From Cetorhinus maximus (Eukaryota), in NCBI RefSeq assembly GCF_964194155.1, contig NW_027596592.1:1-64000 (forward strand): a DNA stretch of 64,000 bases. Reading direction: 5' to 3'. The notes below the pieces were generated by a model. The model was not told the origin of the DNA, did not search any database, and worked only from the letters and a program-made list of their open reading frames with translations. Numbering within the stretch: position 1 is the first letter of the stretch; the number at the start of each line of letters is the position of its first letter. The translations under genes were made by a program, and so were the position numbers. Positions 1-12,440 of this stretch are shown here, one piece after another.

Positions 1-604
1 GCTGATGACAGGAGTGTACTGGGGGAGGAGTGGGGGCTTTAATCCATATCTTAACTTGTCCTGTTACTGACCTGAGAGTCTTCTCCCTGCAGAGGTCAAA
101 CAAACTGAATCAGCATCGAACTAACTGGCTGTGAGTTCTCGAGCCACATCTCTGAAAACAAATTGTTCCATTGCTCAGTTGAAATGACGAACGTTAATTG
201 TTTTTAACAATATTTCTGGAGAGAACATGTATAAATTTTAATGAATTAATTATGTTTCAGCATTTTGAGTATCAGAAAATCATTGAATGTGAGTGACCTG
301 AACTTGAGCACAATTTCAGAACAAACAGAATCAGGGAGTGACAGTGAGGCTCCAGAGAGCAGCGCCTGTTCTGATCTGATCAGAGGCTGCGAGTTATTTA
401 AACGATTGAAATGGACAATGACCAGGCTCCCGCTCCCAACAACCAGCCGCGGGGGATTTGGGGCAAAGGAGCCGCCATCAAAAACTGAGTCATTCGATTG
501 CCGTCTGCAGGGGGAGGAATGAATGACAGAAATGAGAGAATGAGAGGATATCAGCCCTTCGATCCTGCCCTCCATTCAGTAAGATCATGGCTGATCTACC
601 TCGA

Positions 605-1640
605 CACACTCAGTCTCTTAACCACACACCCTCACTCGCTCACTCTCTCTGTCATGCACACTCTCTTTGTCACACACACACACACTCTCACATTCTCCCT
701 CTCACACTCAAATTCTCTTTAACATGCACACACTCTGTCTCTCACACATTTCCTCTCTCCTTCACACACACTCTCACACAGACACTCACATTCTCTCATA
801 CACATATTCTCTCAACTATACACACTCTTACACACGTGCACACTATCTCTCTCACAGACACATGCNNNNNNNNNNNNNNNNNNNNNNNNNNNNNNNNNNN
901 NNNNNNNNNNNNNNNNNNNNNNNNNNNNNNNNNNNNNNNNNNNNNNNNNNNNNNNNNNNNNNNNNNNNNNNNNNNNNNNNNNNNNNNNNNNNNNNNNNNN
1001 NNNNNNNNNNNNNNNNNNNNNGTCACACACACAGAAACACAAACACATTCCCTCTCACACACACACTTGTTCTCTCACACATGCACTCTCTCTTATTCTC
1101 TCTCTCTCTGACAAAAACACTGGCTCTGTCTTTCACACACTCTTTCTCTCCCACACACACACACGTTCGCTCTCTCACACACTTTCTCTCACACATTTAT
1201 ACTACCAATCACTNNNNNNNNNNNNNNNNNNNNNNNNNNNNNNNNNNNNNNNNNNNNNNNNNNNNNNNNNNNNNNNNNNNNNNNNNNNNNNNNNNNNNNN
1301 NNNNNNNNNNNNNNNNNNNNNNNNNNNNNNNNNNNNNNNNNNNNNNNNCAGACACTCACACTTATACTCCCTATGACACGCACAGAAAAACACACTGTCC
1401 CCCTCTCTCACACACTCTCTCTTTCTCTCTCTCTCTCTCCCACACTCACAAGCACACGCAGTCTTTCTCTCCCACACACACATTCTCCATTTCACACACT
1501 CTCACAATTAAACTCCCTATCTCACACACACACACACTCCGTCTCTCTCTGTCTCTCTCTCTCTCAAAAACACACATACACTTGCATGCACTCTCTCTCT
1601 CTCTTTCTCTCACACACACACACACACATTATCACACACA
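605..1640. repeat. (CA)n/(CT)n low-complexity tract containing two assembly gaps (N 866-1021 and 1214-1348)
   Basis: Directly visible; the overlapping His/Thr/Ser/Leu-rich ORFs are repeat artefacts. Confidence 0.95.
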
Positions 1641-2220
1641 GAAGTGGGCTGAAAATACTAATTGCAGAATGAAAATCCGTTAAGCTGCATGCATGTTCAT
1701 TGCTCCATTTCTGAGGACCTGTTGTGTAAAATGAAATTACACAGGTGATATCACTGTATATGTGGAGAATTTCCTAGTGTTGAACCAAACATATAGAAAC
1801 AAAAAAAAGGGAGAGATGTGGCGGACCACAGCCGCCTGGATCCCCAATACTGGTGCACACATGGTGCAAGAAGCCTGCATGGCCCATCCTGGTTTTGCTG
1901 TAACCGTCTCCTCCAGCCCCCTCAGTCTGCCTATTCTCGCACTGACACGGGTTTCTCAAAGAAAGGCATGGGTGTTAAAGCAGCTGGCCAGCGATCTACA
2001 CTGCTGCCTGACTTTACACAGCCGGTGTTACTGAAAGCTGATCAATATGGAGAATCGGGACAAGATCGATTGAGAGGAAGAGGAGGAGGTGGAGGTGGTG
2101 GAGCCGAATGGAGGAGCCCCCAGCTCGGCTGTGGACAACAGGCAACGGAAAGCTGAGCCGGAGCGGAAAAACATCCGGAGAAACATCGCCTTGATGAGCC
2201 TCCTGCACCTGGGTCCTCTC

Positions 2221-2945
2221 ACTACCCACAATCACTCACCCTCACTCACTCACTCATCACTCACTCACCCTCACTCCCTCAGACTGACTCACTCACCCTC
2301 ACTCACCATCGCTCACTCACTCACACTCGCTCACACTCACTCACTCAACCTCACTCACTCACTCACCCTCACTCACACACCCTCGCTCCCTCACCATCAT
2401 TTCTTCACCCTCACTCACTGGCCCTCACTCACTGGCCCTCACTCACTGACCCTCGCTCACCCACAGTCACTCACTCACCCTCACTCCCTCACCCTCACTC
2501 CCTCACCCTTACTCACTCGCACTCCTCACTCACCCACCCTCACACACCCTCATTCATCCACCCTCACCCACCTTCACACACCCTCATTGACTCACCATCA
2601 ATTACTCACTCACCCACCATCACTCACCCTCACTGACCCTTATCCACCCAGCTTCATTCACACTCATCCACCCCCCTCACATACCCACTCACCGTCACTC
2701 ACACACCCACCCTCACAGACCCACCAACCCTCACTCACCCGCTCACCTACCCTCATTCAAACACCCACCCTCATTCACTTATCCATCCTCACTCACCCAC
2801 CTTCAGACACCCACCCTCGCTCACTCACCACCCACCCTCACTCACTCCTTCACTCACCCACTCACCCACGCACCCTCACGCAATCAGCCACCCACCTCAC
2901 TCTGTCACTCAGCCACTCTCACTGTCAATCATGCACATCTCACTT
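2221..2945. repeat. Degenerate C-rich (CACT/ACTCACCCTC)n simple repeat
   Basis: Visible imperfect tandem of actc/accctc units. Confidence 0.9.
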
Positions 2946-3134
2946 ACTAGATCACTTTTCCTAAATCGGTGTGTGGGAGGGCGGGACCTGCAGGGAAGAG
3001 AGACCTGGAAGCGAGGCCTGAATCCTCACAGTGTCAGAAAGTGGAGCATGGCCGAATGGAGTGATGAGCGTCGGTGGAAAGGTCAGAGAGCCTGGCAAAA
3101 GCGCAGAGACCCGTGGAGTAAGTGCAGAGAGCTG

Positions 3135-4740
3135 GGGGGAAAGGGCAGAGAGGCGGGAGGGGGAAAGGGCAGAGGGGCGGGAGGGGGAAAGTGCAGAGAG
3201 GCGGGAGGGGGAAAGGGCAGAGAGGCGGGAGGGAGAAAGGGCAGAGATGCGGGAGGGGGAAGGGAAGGGAGGTAGAAGGGAAAAGGGAAGGGAGGTAGAA
3301 GGGAGAAGGGCAGAGAGGCGGGAGGGAGGAGGGCAGAGAGGCGGGAGGGAGGAGGGCAGAGAGGCGGGAGGGAGGAGGGCAGAGGGGGAAAGGTTAGAGA
3401 GGCGGGAGGGGGAAAGGGCAGAGAGGCGGGAGGGGGAAAGGGCAGAGAGGGTTGAGGGGGAAAGGGCAGAGAGGCGTGAGGGGGAAAGGGCAGAGAGGCG
3501 GGAGGGGGAAAGGGCAGAGAGGCGGGAGGGGGAAAGGGCAGAGAGGCGTGAGGGGGAAAGGGCAGAGAGGCGTGAGGGGGAAAGGGCAGAGAGGCGGGAG
3601 GGGGAAAGGGCAGAGAGGCGTGAGGGGGAAAGGGCAGAGAGGCGTGAGGGGGAAAGGGCAGAGAGGCGTGAGGGGGAAAGGGCAGAGAGGCGTGAGGGGG
3701 AAAGGGCAGAGAGGCGTGAGGGGGAAAGGGCAGAGAGGCGTGAGGGGGAAAGGGCAGAGAGGCGTGAGGGGGAAAGGGCAGAGAGGCGTGAGGGGGAAAG
3801 GGCAGAGAGGCGGGAGGGGGAAAGGGCAGAGAGGCGGGAGGGGGAAGGGAAGGGAGGTAGAAGGGAGAAGGGCAGAGAGGCGGGAGGGAGAAGCGGAGAG
3901 GGGGAAAGGTTAGAGAGGCGGGAGGGGGAAAGGGCAGAGAGGCGGGAGGGGGAAAGGGCAGAGAGGCGGGAGGGGGAAAGGGCAGAGAGGCGGGAGGGGG
4001 AAAGGGCAGAGAGGCGGGAGGGGGAAAGGGCAGAGAGGCGGGAGGGGGAAAGGGCAGAGAGGCGGGAGGGGGAAAGGGCAGAGAGGCGGGAGGGGGAAAG
4101 GGCAGAGAGGCGGGAGGGGAAAAGGGCAGAGAGGCGGGAGGGAGAAAGGGCAGAGAGGCGGGAGGGGGAAAGGGCAGAGAGGCGGGAGGGGGAAAGGGCA
4201 GAGAGGCGGGAGGGGTAAAGGGCAGAGAGGCGGGAGGGGTAAAGGGCAGAGAGGCGTGAGGGGGAAAGGGCAGAGAGGCGTGAGGGGGAAAGGGCAGAGA
4301 GGCGGGAGGGGGAAAGGGCAGTGAGGCGGGAGGGAGAAAGGGAAGAGAGGAGGGAGGGGGAAAGAGCAGAGAGGCGGGTGGGGGAAAAGAGCAGAGAGGC
4401 GGGAGGGGGAAAGGGCAGAGAGGCGGGAGGGGGGACAGCAGAAGGGGAAAGGGCGAGGGGCAGAGGGGGAAAGGGCGAGGGGCAGAGGGGGAAAGGGCGG
4501 GGGGGGAAGGACAGAGAGGCGGGAGGTGGAAAGGGAAGAGAGGCTGAGGGGGGAAAGGCAGAGAGCCGTGGAATAAGTGCGGAGAGCTGGGGGAGAAATG
4601 GCAGAGAGGCGAGGGGGAAAGGGCAAAGTTGCGGGGGGGGGAAAGTGCAGAGATGCCGGGGCGGAAAGGGCAGAGAGACCCGAGGGGAAAGGGCAGAGAG
4701 CCAGGTGTTTAAGGGTGCAGAGAGGCGGAGGGTGGGGGAA
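3135..4740 (+). repeat. G-rich 24-bp minisatellite (GAGAGGCG[G/T]GAGGGGGAAAGGGCA)n in the IgM J-C intron
   Basis: Dozens of near-perfect 24-bp units that degenerate at both ends; + strand is almost purely purine. Confidence 0.95.
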
Positions 4741-5289
4741 GGGCTGAGAGCCGGGCTATAGCGGGGAGATCCGGGCGATAGCAGTTGCGAGCCGAGGCCC
4801 CAGGCGCCCTGGGCCCCACTCTCTCTTTCTCTCCCTCTCTCTCTCTCTCTCTCATTGTCTCTCCTCCTCCTGAAATCCTTTCCATTCCCGGGGAAAGGCA
4901 CTCAGTACCTGGCATAAGAGGGAGACAATGTCTCTGTGCGCTTCCCCCTGGCTCCCTGCGCCTTTCTCCAGAGGGTGGTCGCTGCCCCTCCAAACACAAC
5001 CTGTTTGTCTCCCACTTTTACTGCTGATAGGCTGACTAGCGGGCCTATCAGCAGCTAACGGGATAGAAGGCTCGCCTGTGATTGGAGGAGCAGCTCCTTC
5101 CAGAAATCTTGAACTCCACTTACCCGCCTTACCAGCATTTTGAACAACGGCTCCAGGATCCATATAGAGGGGCTTCGGGGGCCACAATCCAGCCGCGGGA
5201 CACGGATTGGACAATAAAGGAAAATAAGGAAATGGGCAGAGAAGTTGGCCAAATATCTTGGCCTGAACGAGGTGGTTGCTTAAATAGCA

Positions 5290-6550
5290 GAGGCATTGGT
5301 TTTAATTTTCCAAACTCCCCTAGATTGTGGAAAGGTCTCATCAGATTGGAAAATAGTGAATGAGGCTTTTATATCAAATAAAGGAGGTAAAGGGAAAGCA
5401 AGAATCGACAGGCCAGTTAGTTTAACATCTGTCCGAGCGAAAATGCTGGAATTTATTATTAAGGATCCTATCACGGGTCACTAAGAAAATCCAAATGCAA
5501 TTATGTAGATCCATCATGGTTTTGTGACAAGTGCAGTGCCACAGGGATCAATGCTGCGGCCTCAACTATTTACAATTTATATCAATGACTTGAATGAAAG
5601 GACTGAATGAATTTGCGAAATTTGCTGATGACACAAAGATAGAGAGGAAAGTAAGTGGTGAAGAGGGGATAAAGGTCAGCAAAGGGATATAAATAGATTA
5701 TAGGAGTTGGCAAAAAATGACAGATGCCGTATAATGTGGGAAAATATAAACTTGTCCAGTTTGGCAAGAAGAATACAAAAGCAGCATATTATTGAAAAGG
5801 AGAGATATTGCAGAACCCTGAGGTACAGAAAGATATGGATCCCTTGGTGCATGAATCACAAAATGTTACAATGCAGGAACAACAAGTGATGAGGAAGGCA
5901 AAGGGAGTGTTGTCATTTATTACAAGGGGAATAGAATATAAAAGTAAAGATGTTTTGCTATAGTTTAACAGGGCGTCGATGAGACCTCGTCTGAATTACT
6001 GTGTCCAGATTTAGTCTCCTTTAAGAAAGGATATAAAAGCATTAGAAGCTGTTCAGAGAATATTCATTCAAATGATACTGGGAGGTGTTGTCGGTTAACT
6101 TATGAGGAAAGTTTGGGTAGGCTGGGCCTGTATCTATTGGAGTTTAGAAGAATGAGAGCTGATTTTATTGAAACATATAAAATCCTGGGGAAAATTGACA
6201 GGGTGGATGCTGAAAGGATGTTTCCACTTGTGGGAGAGACTAACGATAGGGAACACAGTTGAAAAATAAGAGGTCTCCCATTCTGGCAGAAATGAGGAGA
6301 TTTTATTTTTCTCTCAAAGGGTAGTGAAAGTTTGGAACTCTCTTCACCAGAGTGCGACGGAGGAGAAGTCATTAATATTTCAAGGCAGAGGTAGAGAGAT
6401 TCTTCATTGACAAGGGAGTCAAAGGTTAGCGGAGAATAGGCGGGAATATGGAGTTAACGCCACAATCAATCAGCTATGATCGGAGTGAATGGTGGAGGAG
6501 GCTCGAGAGGCAGAATGGCCTACTCCTGCTACTGATCCGCATGTTCATAT
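5290..6550 (+). mobile_element. 5'-truncated, degenerate CR1-type LINE (RT C-terminus and 3' tail)
   Basis: Fragments such as DRPVSLTSV..KMLEFIIKD and KFADDTK, plus a CR1-type 3' end (GAATGGCCTACTCCTGCT..ATGTTCATATG). Confidence 0.85.
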
Positions 6551-6694
6551 GTATATACGATTGGAAAATGTCGTACTTACTGTAACTGGTATTCAGTTTA
6601 GAGTTCTATGGTCATTATATAGGTACCATTACAAAGGTACTTTCGAAGGGTCTTTGCTATTCTTTGTTTTGGGGGGACGTGGAGAAGGGAGGGG

Positions 6695-6850
6695 GCATCA
6701 GCCAATTTGAGCAGAGCCAATTTCCAAACTGCAATGATATGAATGACAAGACAATTTCTCTATCACCAAGTGCTGTTGATTGAGAAATAAATGGTGGCGA
6801 AATAATGGGGGAAATCCTCTGCTCTTCCATCTTAATCCACTGAAGGGTAC
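6695..6850 (-). mobile_element. Old SINE fragment, possibly Deu-domain (SacSINE/AmnSINE-like)
   Basis: Degenerate resemblance to the reverse complement of the Deu-domain consensus as recalled. Confidence 0.4.
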
Positions 6851-7105
6851 GTCATTCAGATGACATCAAAATGTTCTATTTTAGTCATGGGATAGGGGCG
6901 GAAAAAGAGGTGTGGGTTTCTAAAGAGGTTCCGACAGATGAGGATCACCAAATGATGGAAATAATAAATGATCAAATGTGGATGTGGGTTTTAGTTGGAA
7001 TATATTAGGATATGTTTATAGTTATAGTCAAATTTTGAGTTGTTTGGTGACTTAATGATCACAAATCACAGAGTCTAACTTGCTCAATCGGCCATTCTTT
7101 CCCAG

Positions 7106-7405
7106 CGACACCGTCTTCGCCCACTCTCTACAGCCTGGTCTCCTCCTGTCAGCAACACAACACCGACGGCTCCGTCACCTACGGCTGTTTGGCGATGGAC
7201 TACTCCCCAGAAATCACTAGCCTGACCTGGAAGAAAGATGGGCAGCCGATCACCACTGGATTTAAGACTTACCCGTCAGTGAGAAACCAGAAGGGAACTT
7301 TCACCCTGAGCAGCCAGTTAATCATCACCGAGTCAGAGGGGGAATGCAGCAAAATCAAGTGTGAGGTTCAATACAGCGGCTCAGCCAAGAGCATTCGAAT
7401 GCAAT
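7106..7405 (+). CDS. IGHM: IgM heavy chain constant exon Cmu1
   Basis: Acceptor ttttcccag at 7105 and donor gtaag at 7406 (phase 1). Translates [65 protein letters not shown], a C1-set domain closely resembling horn/nurse shark Cmu1. Confidence 0.95.
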
Positions 7406-7619
7406 GTAAGTGTTGGGGAACCTGTGAGAAACAGAAAGGCTGTAATTGACCTGTATAGGACCTTGGTTATAATACATTTATAGTACTCTGCACCGTTTTG
7501 ATCCCTGGAAATTCCAGGTTAGTGTCCATTGACCGCAAAGAGCCTGTTAAAATATAAGAACTCATTGTATCTGTTATCAATTTCTTCTGCAAGAAATGGC
7601 TAACCTGTGTTTTTTGAAG

Positions 7620-7934
7620 GCCCTTCTTCTGGCTTACTTCCAACTGTTCTCCTCACCGTGAGTTCCCGGGAAGAAATCACAACCAACAAATTTGCCACCG
7701 CCGTCTGCTCAATCGTCGATTTCCGTCCAAAGTCAATGACCGTGAAGTGGCTGAAGAATGGACAACCCATGGATTCAGGAATTGTCACCTCTCCCGCCTT
7801 TGAAGTGAAGGGGACCTTCTCGGCGACCAGTCGGCTGAATGTCTCCGCTGGGGAATGGTTCACCGACGCGGTCTATACCTGTCAGGTCACTCATCAAGGG
7901 GTCACCCAAAGTCGAAACGCCACCAAGTGTGAGG
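7620..7934 (+). CDS. IGHM: IgM heavy chain constant exon Cmu2
   Basis: AG at 7618-7619 and gtaag at 7935. Translates [50 protein letters not shown]. Confidence 0.95.
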
Positions 7935-8103
7935 GTAAGAAATACAAACCGAGGAAGCAATAGATCATTCTGCTCTCCGATGTTAATCAAATCAGGAATT
8001 TATTGGAGTTAGTAGACGGAACAACTTCTAATTTACTATCATGTAGTTATTGTTTAATTCCGATGTAAGGGCTGCATTCGGATTGTTCACCATTCAGGAT
8101 TTT

Positions 8104-8180
8104 ATCACGTCACGTCTCTGCATTGACGTCATAGAGTGAGTGAGGTGGACTTGACATTAGCTTGACCCTGAGTCAGCTGA
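8104..8180. promoter_or_regulatory. Candidate intronic enhancer motif cluster (CRE, AP-1/MARE-like, E-box) in the Cmu2-Cmu3 intron
   Basis: TGACGTCA 8124-8131, TGAGTCAGC 8169-8177, CAGCTG 8174-8179, CACGTCACGT 8106-8115. Confidence 0.35.
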
Positions 8181-8553
8181 TCATATTTGGAGAGGCAGAA
8201 GGTGTCTGGAACCCTTCACTGGTAACAGCTTCGGGTTAGAGTGTTGGAAAGTGCATCCACCCTATTTATAAAACGGCTTTCAGTACTGCATTCCAGGGCC
8301 CAGGAATGGTACATTTGTAATGGGACTGGGGCAACATAGATTCATGAGAATGTTACCGGGGCTGAAGGACTTAAATTATGAGAACGATTTACACAGACCA
8401 AGCTGGTTTTCCATTGTGTAAAGAAGATTAAAGACGATAGTTAGAGGTTGATATGTCCAAGGTGATTTATTCTCCTTCAGGGAGTGAAGGCTGAATACTG
8501 CTGTCCTGCTTCTGAAGGTGAAACTTTGGTTGATTTTCATTTCTGTCTCACAG

Positions 8554-8865
8554 GTGATCACGACTGCCGCAATGATCCCACAATTACTCTACTGCCACCG
8601 CCAATAGAACAGGTCTTACTGGAGGCGACCGTGACATTAACCTGCATCGTTTCTAATGCTCCTTATGGAGTCCTCGTGTCCTGGACACAAGAGAAGAAGC
8701 CTTTGAAATCAGAGATCGCCGTCCAACCGGGAGCGGATCCTGACAGCGTGGTCAGCAACGTAAACATCTCGACACAAGCCTGGCTGAGTGGGGCTGAGTT
8801 CTACTGCAAGGTGAGCCATCAGGATCTGCCGACTCCTTTAAGAAATTCCATCCACAAGGAACAAG
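8554..8865 (+). CDS. IGHM: IgM heavy chain constant exon Cmu3
   Basis: Acceptor ctcacag at 8553 and donor gtgag at 8866. Translates [51 protein letters not shown]. Confidence 0.95.
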
Positions 8866-9254
8866 GTGAGTGGTGAAATTGAAGCAATAAGTTGTTCAAT
8901 GTGTCTATTTCCAGTGTCAGTGTAAGGATCAATATTTACTATTCAGTGTATTCATGGTCTACTCTGATTAGCAATTTCGCCAACTAAACGCTCTGGGCCT
9001 GTGGACTTTCAGGGGGAAATTGATAAGTAGATGAATGAACAATGAACTGAAGGCTGTGCCATTGGGTTTAGATGAAGCAAGATGGGAGGAGCCTGGTGCG
9101 AAGCTGAAACACCAACATAGACCAGTTGGGCAGAATGGCCTGTTTATGTGCTGTAACCTTTGAGAAACTTTCTCGTCCAACCCCATAAGTTCTCAGGGAA
9201 AAGGATTGTGTCCACCTCTGCTCCGAGCTGGAAAACCGGACAGATCCCAAAGTA

Positions 9255-9465
9255 TTTTATTTATTAATTAATGGGATGTGTGCGTCGCTGGCTGGGCCAG
9301 AGTTTATTGCCAATCTCTAATTGCCCTTGACAAGGTGGTGGTGAGCTGCCTTCTTGAACCGCTGCAGCCCATGTGGTGTAGATACACCCACAGTGCTGTT
9401 AGGGAGGGAGTTCCAGGATTTTGATTCAGCTATAGTGAAGGATCGGTGATATATTTCCAAGAAGT
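9255..9465 (-). mobile_element. 3' end fragment of a LINE (family ending ..CACATCCCATGAATGAATAAAA)
   Basis: SKSWNSLPNSTVGVSTPHGLQRFKKAAHHHL terminus, the same tail as at 39.4 kb and 50.0 kb. Confidence 0.75.
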
Positions 9466-9580
9466 GGATAATCAAACCCTTAATATTCATCACAAAACAC
9501 GTTTCTCTCACATTTAACCAGCGGTTTCATTGTCTACGAAAGTATCCAGTTTATTGACATTTATTGTACATTTTCTGCAG

Positions 9581-9972
9581 ATAAAGACCTGCGGGAACCG
9601 TCCGTGTCTGTCCTCCTGCCCTCGGCAGAAGATGTCTCCGCTCAGAGATTCGTCTCCCTCAGCTGCTTAGTGAGAGGTTTCTCACCCCGAGAGATCTTCG
9701 TCAAGTGGACCGTTAATGACAAGCCGGTGAATCCCGGGAACTACAAGAACACCGAGGTGGTGGCGGAGAAGGACAATCGCTCCTTCTTCATGTACAGCCT
9801 GTTATCCATTGCAGCGGAGGAGTGGGCCAGCGGCGCTTCTTACTCCTGTGTGGTGGGACATGAAGCGATTCCCTTGAAGATCATCAACAGAACGGTTGAT
9901 AAATCCAGCGGTAAACCGAGTTTTGTGAACATTTCCCTTGCACTGATGGACACCGTTAATTCATGTCAATGA
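9581..9972 (+). CDS. IGHM: IgM Cmu4 plus secretory tailpiece; internal splice donor at 9911 for the membrane form
   Basis: Acceptor ttctgcag at 9580. Translates [80 protein letters not shown], with tailpiece N-glycan sequon (NIS) and penultimate Cys. Confidence 0.97.
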
Positions 9973-9999
9973 GAATCTCTCGGTTACATTTCAAACTTC

Positions 10000-10016
10000 A
10001 ATAAAAAAATAATAAA
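10000..10016 (+). terminator. Secretory-form polyadenylation signals (two AATAAA)
   Basis: AATAAA at 10000-10005 and 10011-10016, about 30 nt after the stop codon. Confidence 0.8.
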
Positions 10017-10424
10017 GTCCTTTTCTCCAATCATGATTTAAATACACAATTGTTTAATCAATGTTGTTTTCCACTTTTGCTAATGTTAGACCTGTTTAGT
10101 TAAAATCGGATATTTACAGGGCTCACACCCAAGTCTTGTACACCCAGTGCTCGCAGCTCAGATACACCCTGGGTTAGAGACAGAGTAAAGCTCATTCATT
10201 ACGGGATTCTGCAAAATAACATCACCAGCTCTCCTCCCGCTAAGGAGAAATCTGACAATTCCCATTTCCGACAAACAAACACAGTGCATTTAGATCTTGG
10301 TGTTCCTGCTTCTCTTGTTGCCCATCCCTTTAAAATGGATGTCAGCTTTAAGCTGCTGCACCACACCCACTGGGAACTGAAGTGGAGTCACACAGAAACA
10401 TGTCCCAACAATCCCCCATCAGGG

Positions 10425-10860
10425 AGAGGGGGGAGGGAAATTGTTAACCCACTGTACCCCCTCTTCCCCAACAGAGAGAGGGGGAAGGGAAATTGTTAAC
10501 CCACTGTACCCCCACTTCCCCAACAGAGGGAGGGGAAGGGAAATTGTTAACCCACTTTACCCCCACTTACCCAACAGAGAGAGGGGAAGGGGACATTGTT
10601 AACCCACTGCACCCCCACTTCCACAACAGCGGGTGGGGGGGAATTGTTTAGCCACTGTACCCCATTTTCTCAACAGAGAGTGGGGAAGGGAAATTGTTAA
10701 CCCGCTGTACCTCCACTTCCCCAACAGAGAAAACTGAAAAGAAAATTTTAAGCCAATTTTACCTCCACTTGCTAAACAAAAAAGACGAGGAAGGACATTG
10801 GTTAACCCGGTGTGTCTCCACCTTCTCAGCAGAGAGAACCGAAAGGGAAATTGCCTAGAC
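10425..10860. repeat. ~51-52 bp minisatellite, about 8 decaying copies
   Basis: Unit GGGAAATTGTTAACCCACTGTACCCCCACTTCCCCAACAGAGAGAGGGGAA; TTGTTAA recurs at 10441, 10493, 10544, 10596. Confidence 0.9.
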
Positions 10861-11329
10861 AACCAGACAGAGCAAAACTATTAGCTCACTGGACCCTCAC
10901 TCACCGAGCAGTGAATCTGGAAGGGAACGGGTCTCTACTCAGTTACCAGCAGTCCAAGTCGGCTTCCAGCTTACTGGCCACAGATTTTAAACTCCCATCA
11001 TGCTGAGGATGTTGTAAAAACATATATTTATGCAACATAATTTGAAGATGTTTTAACACTCTTGTTCCTGTTAAGATTATGCTAAGATTGATTTCCCATA
11101 ATCCGAATCTAAACTGGTGATTGAATCCTCCCTGGGTTGTTCAAGGTTGTGTCCCTGAATTTTATGAGACACATGGTTGATTGTTTGCATTCGTTCACCT
11201 GATATCACCTTGCATCTCACAGAAAACACGTTTATACACAGAACATTGAAAATATTCACCAAACTTTTCACCATCAAGGTCAGACTCGATCATTTGCACT
11301 GGTGAAATTCGGAAAAATAGTAAAAATAC

Positions 11330-12059
11330 ACACAGCTGACAAAAATGGACAGACACAAACACGCGTACACACACACATAGGCACAGACACACAGACACAA
11401 ACACACACAGGTACAGGCAGACACATTTACACCCACACATGCGCAGCCACACAAACACAGGCAGACACACATAGACAAATACAGACACACGTGCACACAC
11501 ATGCACACACGCGCGCACAATCACAAACACTTGGGTGCAGATGCACAAACATACACAGACACACACGTACACGCAATCACACACATAAACAAATACACAC
11601 GCACACAATCACACACATACAGAAATACACACACAGACACACTCGCTCACACACATATCCACAATCACACACACAAACAGATAAAACCAGACAAGCAGAC
11701 TCATACAAGGACACAAAGCACAAATGTAACGATTAGCATATGCATTATCACACGTTCACAATGACATAAATACAGACATAAAGATACACACTATCGTACA
11801 CATTAAAACAAATGCATGGACACACATTAACACATGCACACATATGAGCAGACGACACCCAGGCACAAAAACACAGAGGAACAGACTAACACATTCACAG
11901 ACACACATGTAGACACAAACATGAATATACTCATACACACTAGAAAACAAAAAACATACGTCAGTACCAATGAAAACATAAACACACATTGATACATAGT
12001 TCTAAATATCGATCAACACACAAATGCACATATTAAAAACTCTCTCTCTCTCGCTGTGT

Positions 12060-12092
<33 letters not shown>

Positions 12093-12440
12093 ACACAGAC
12101 GCTGTGACGCAGACATTAATATGCTGACATACACGTGGAACACAAAAAGAAACATTAACACTCATATTAGCAGGCACACATTAAACAGGTAAACACAGAT
12201 AGTAATAAGTAAATATAGAAATCAAAACATAAACACACACAATAACACACTCATACATCCACATTGGCAGAAAAACAAAATATACGTAAAGAAGCAGACA
12301 CAAAAATACACAAATCAGCACACATTGGCACATGAACACACACATTAACACACATGTACACCTATGGACACTCAAACAAACTAATGCAAAGCGCGACATA
12401 CTCATGCAGACACACACAAAAGCTAAAGCACAACACAAAC
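11330..12440. repeat. Degenerate (CA)n-rich tract in the Cmu4-TM1 intron
   Basis: Directly visible. Confidence 0.9.

Noticed and set aside
1760-2220. Possible exon or transposase remnant in the J-C intron
   Set aside because: Short ORFs with no recognisable motif or convincing splice sites.
587-2964. His/Thr/Ser/Leu-rich ORFs
   Set aside because: Products of CA/CT and CACT simple repeats and N gaps.
2961-4901. Long ORFs of 646 aa (SPSRLSAL)n and 395 aa (REGERAER)n
   Set aside because: Translations of the 24-bp stop-free minisatellite inside the Ig intron; no gene structure.
1-7105. JH/DH/VH segments or RSS upstream of Cmu1
   Set aside because: No WGxG J motif with splice donor found; CACAGTG at about 3027 has no nonamer at 12 or 23 bp spacing. 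V-D-J presumably lies upstream of the window.
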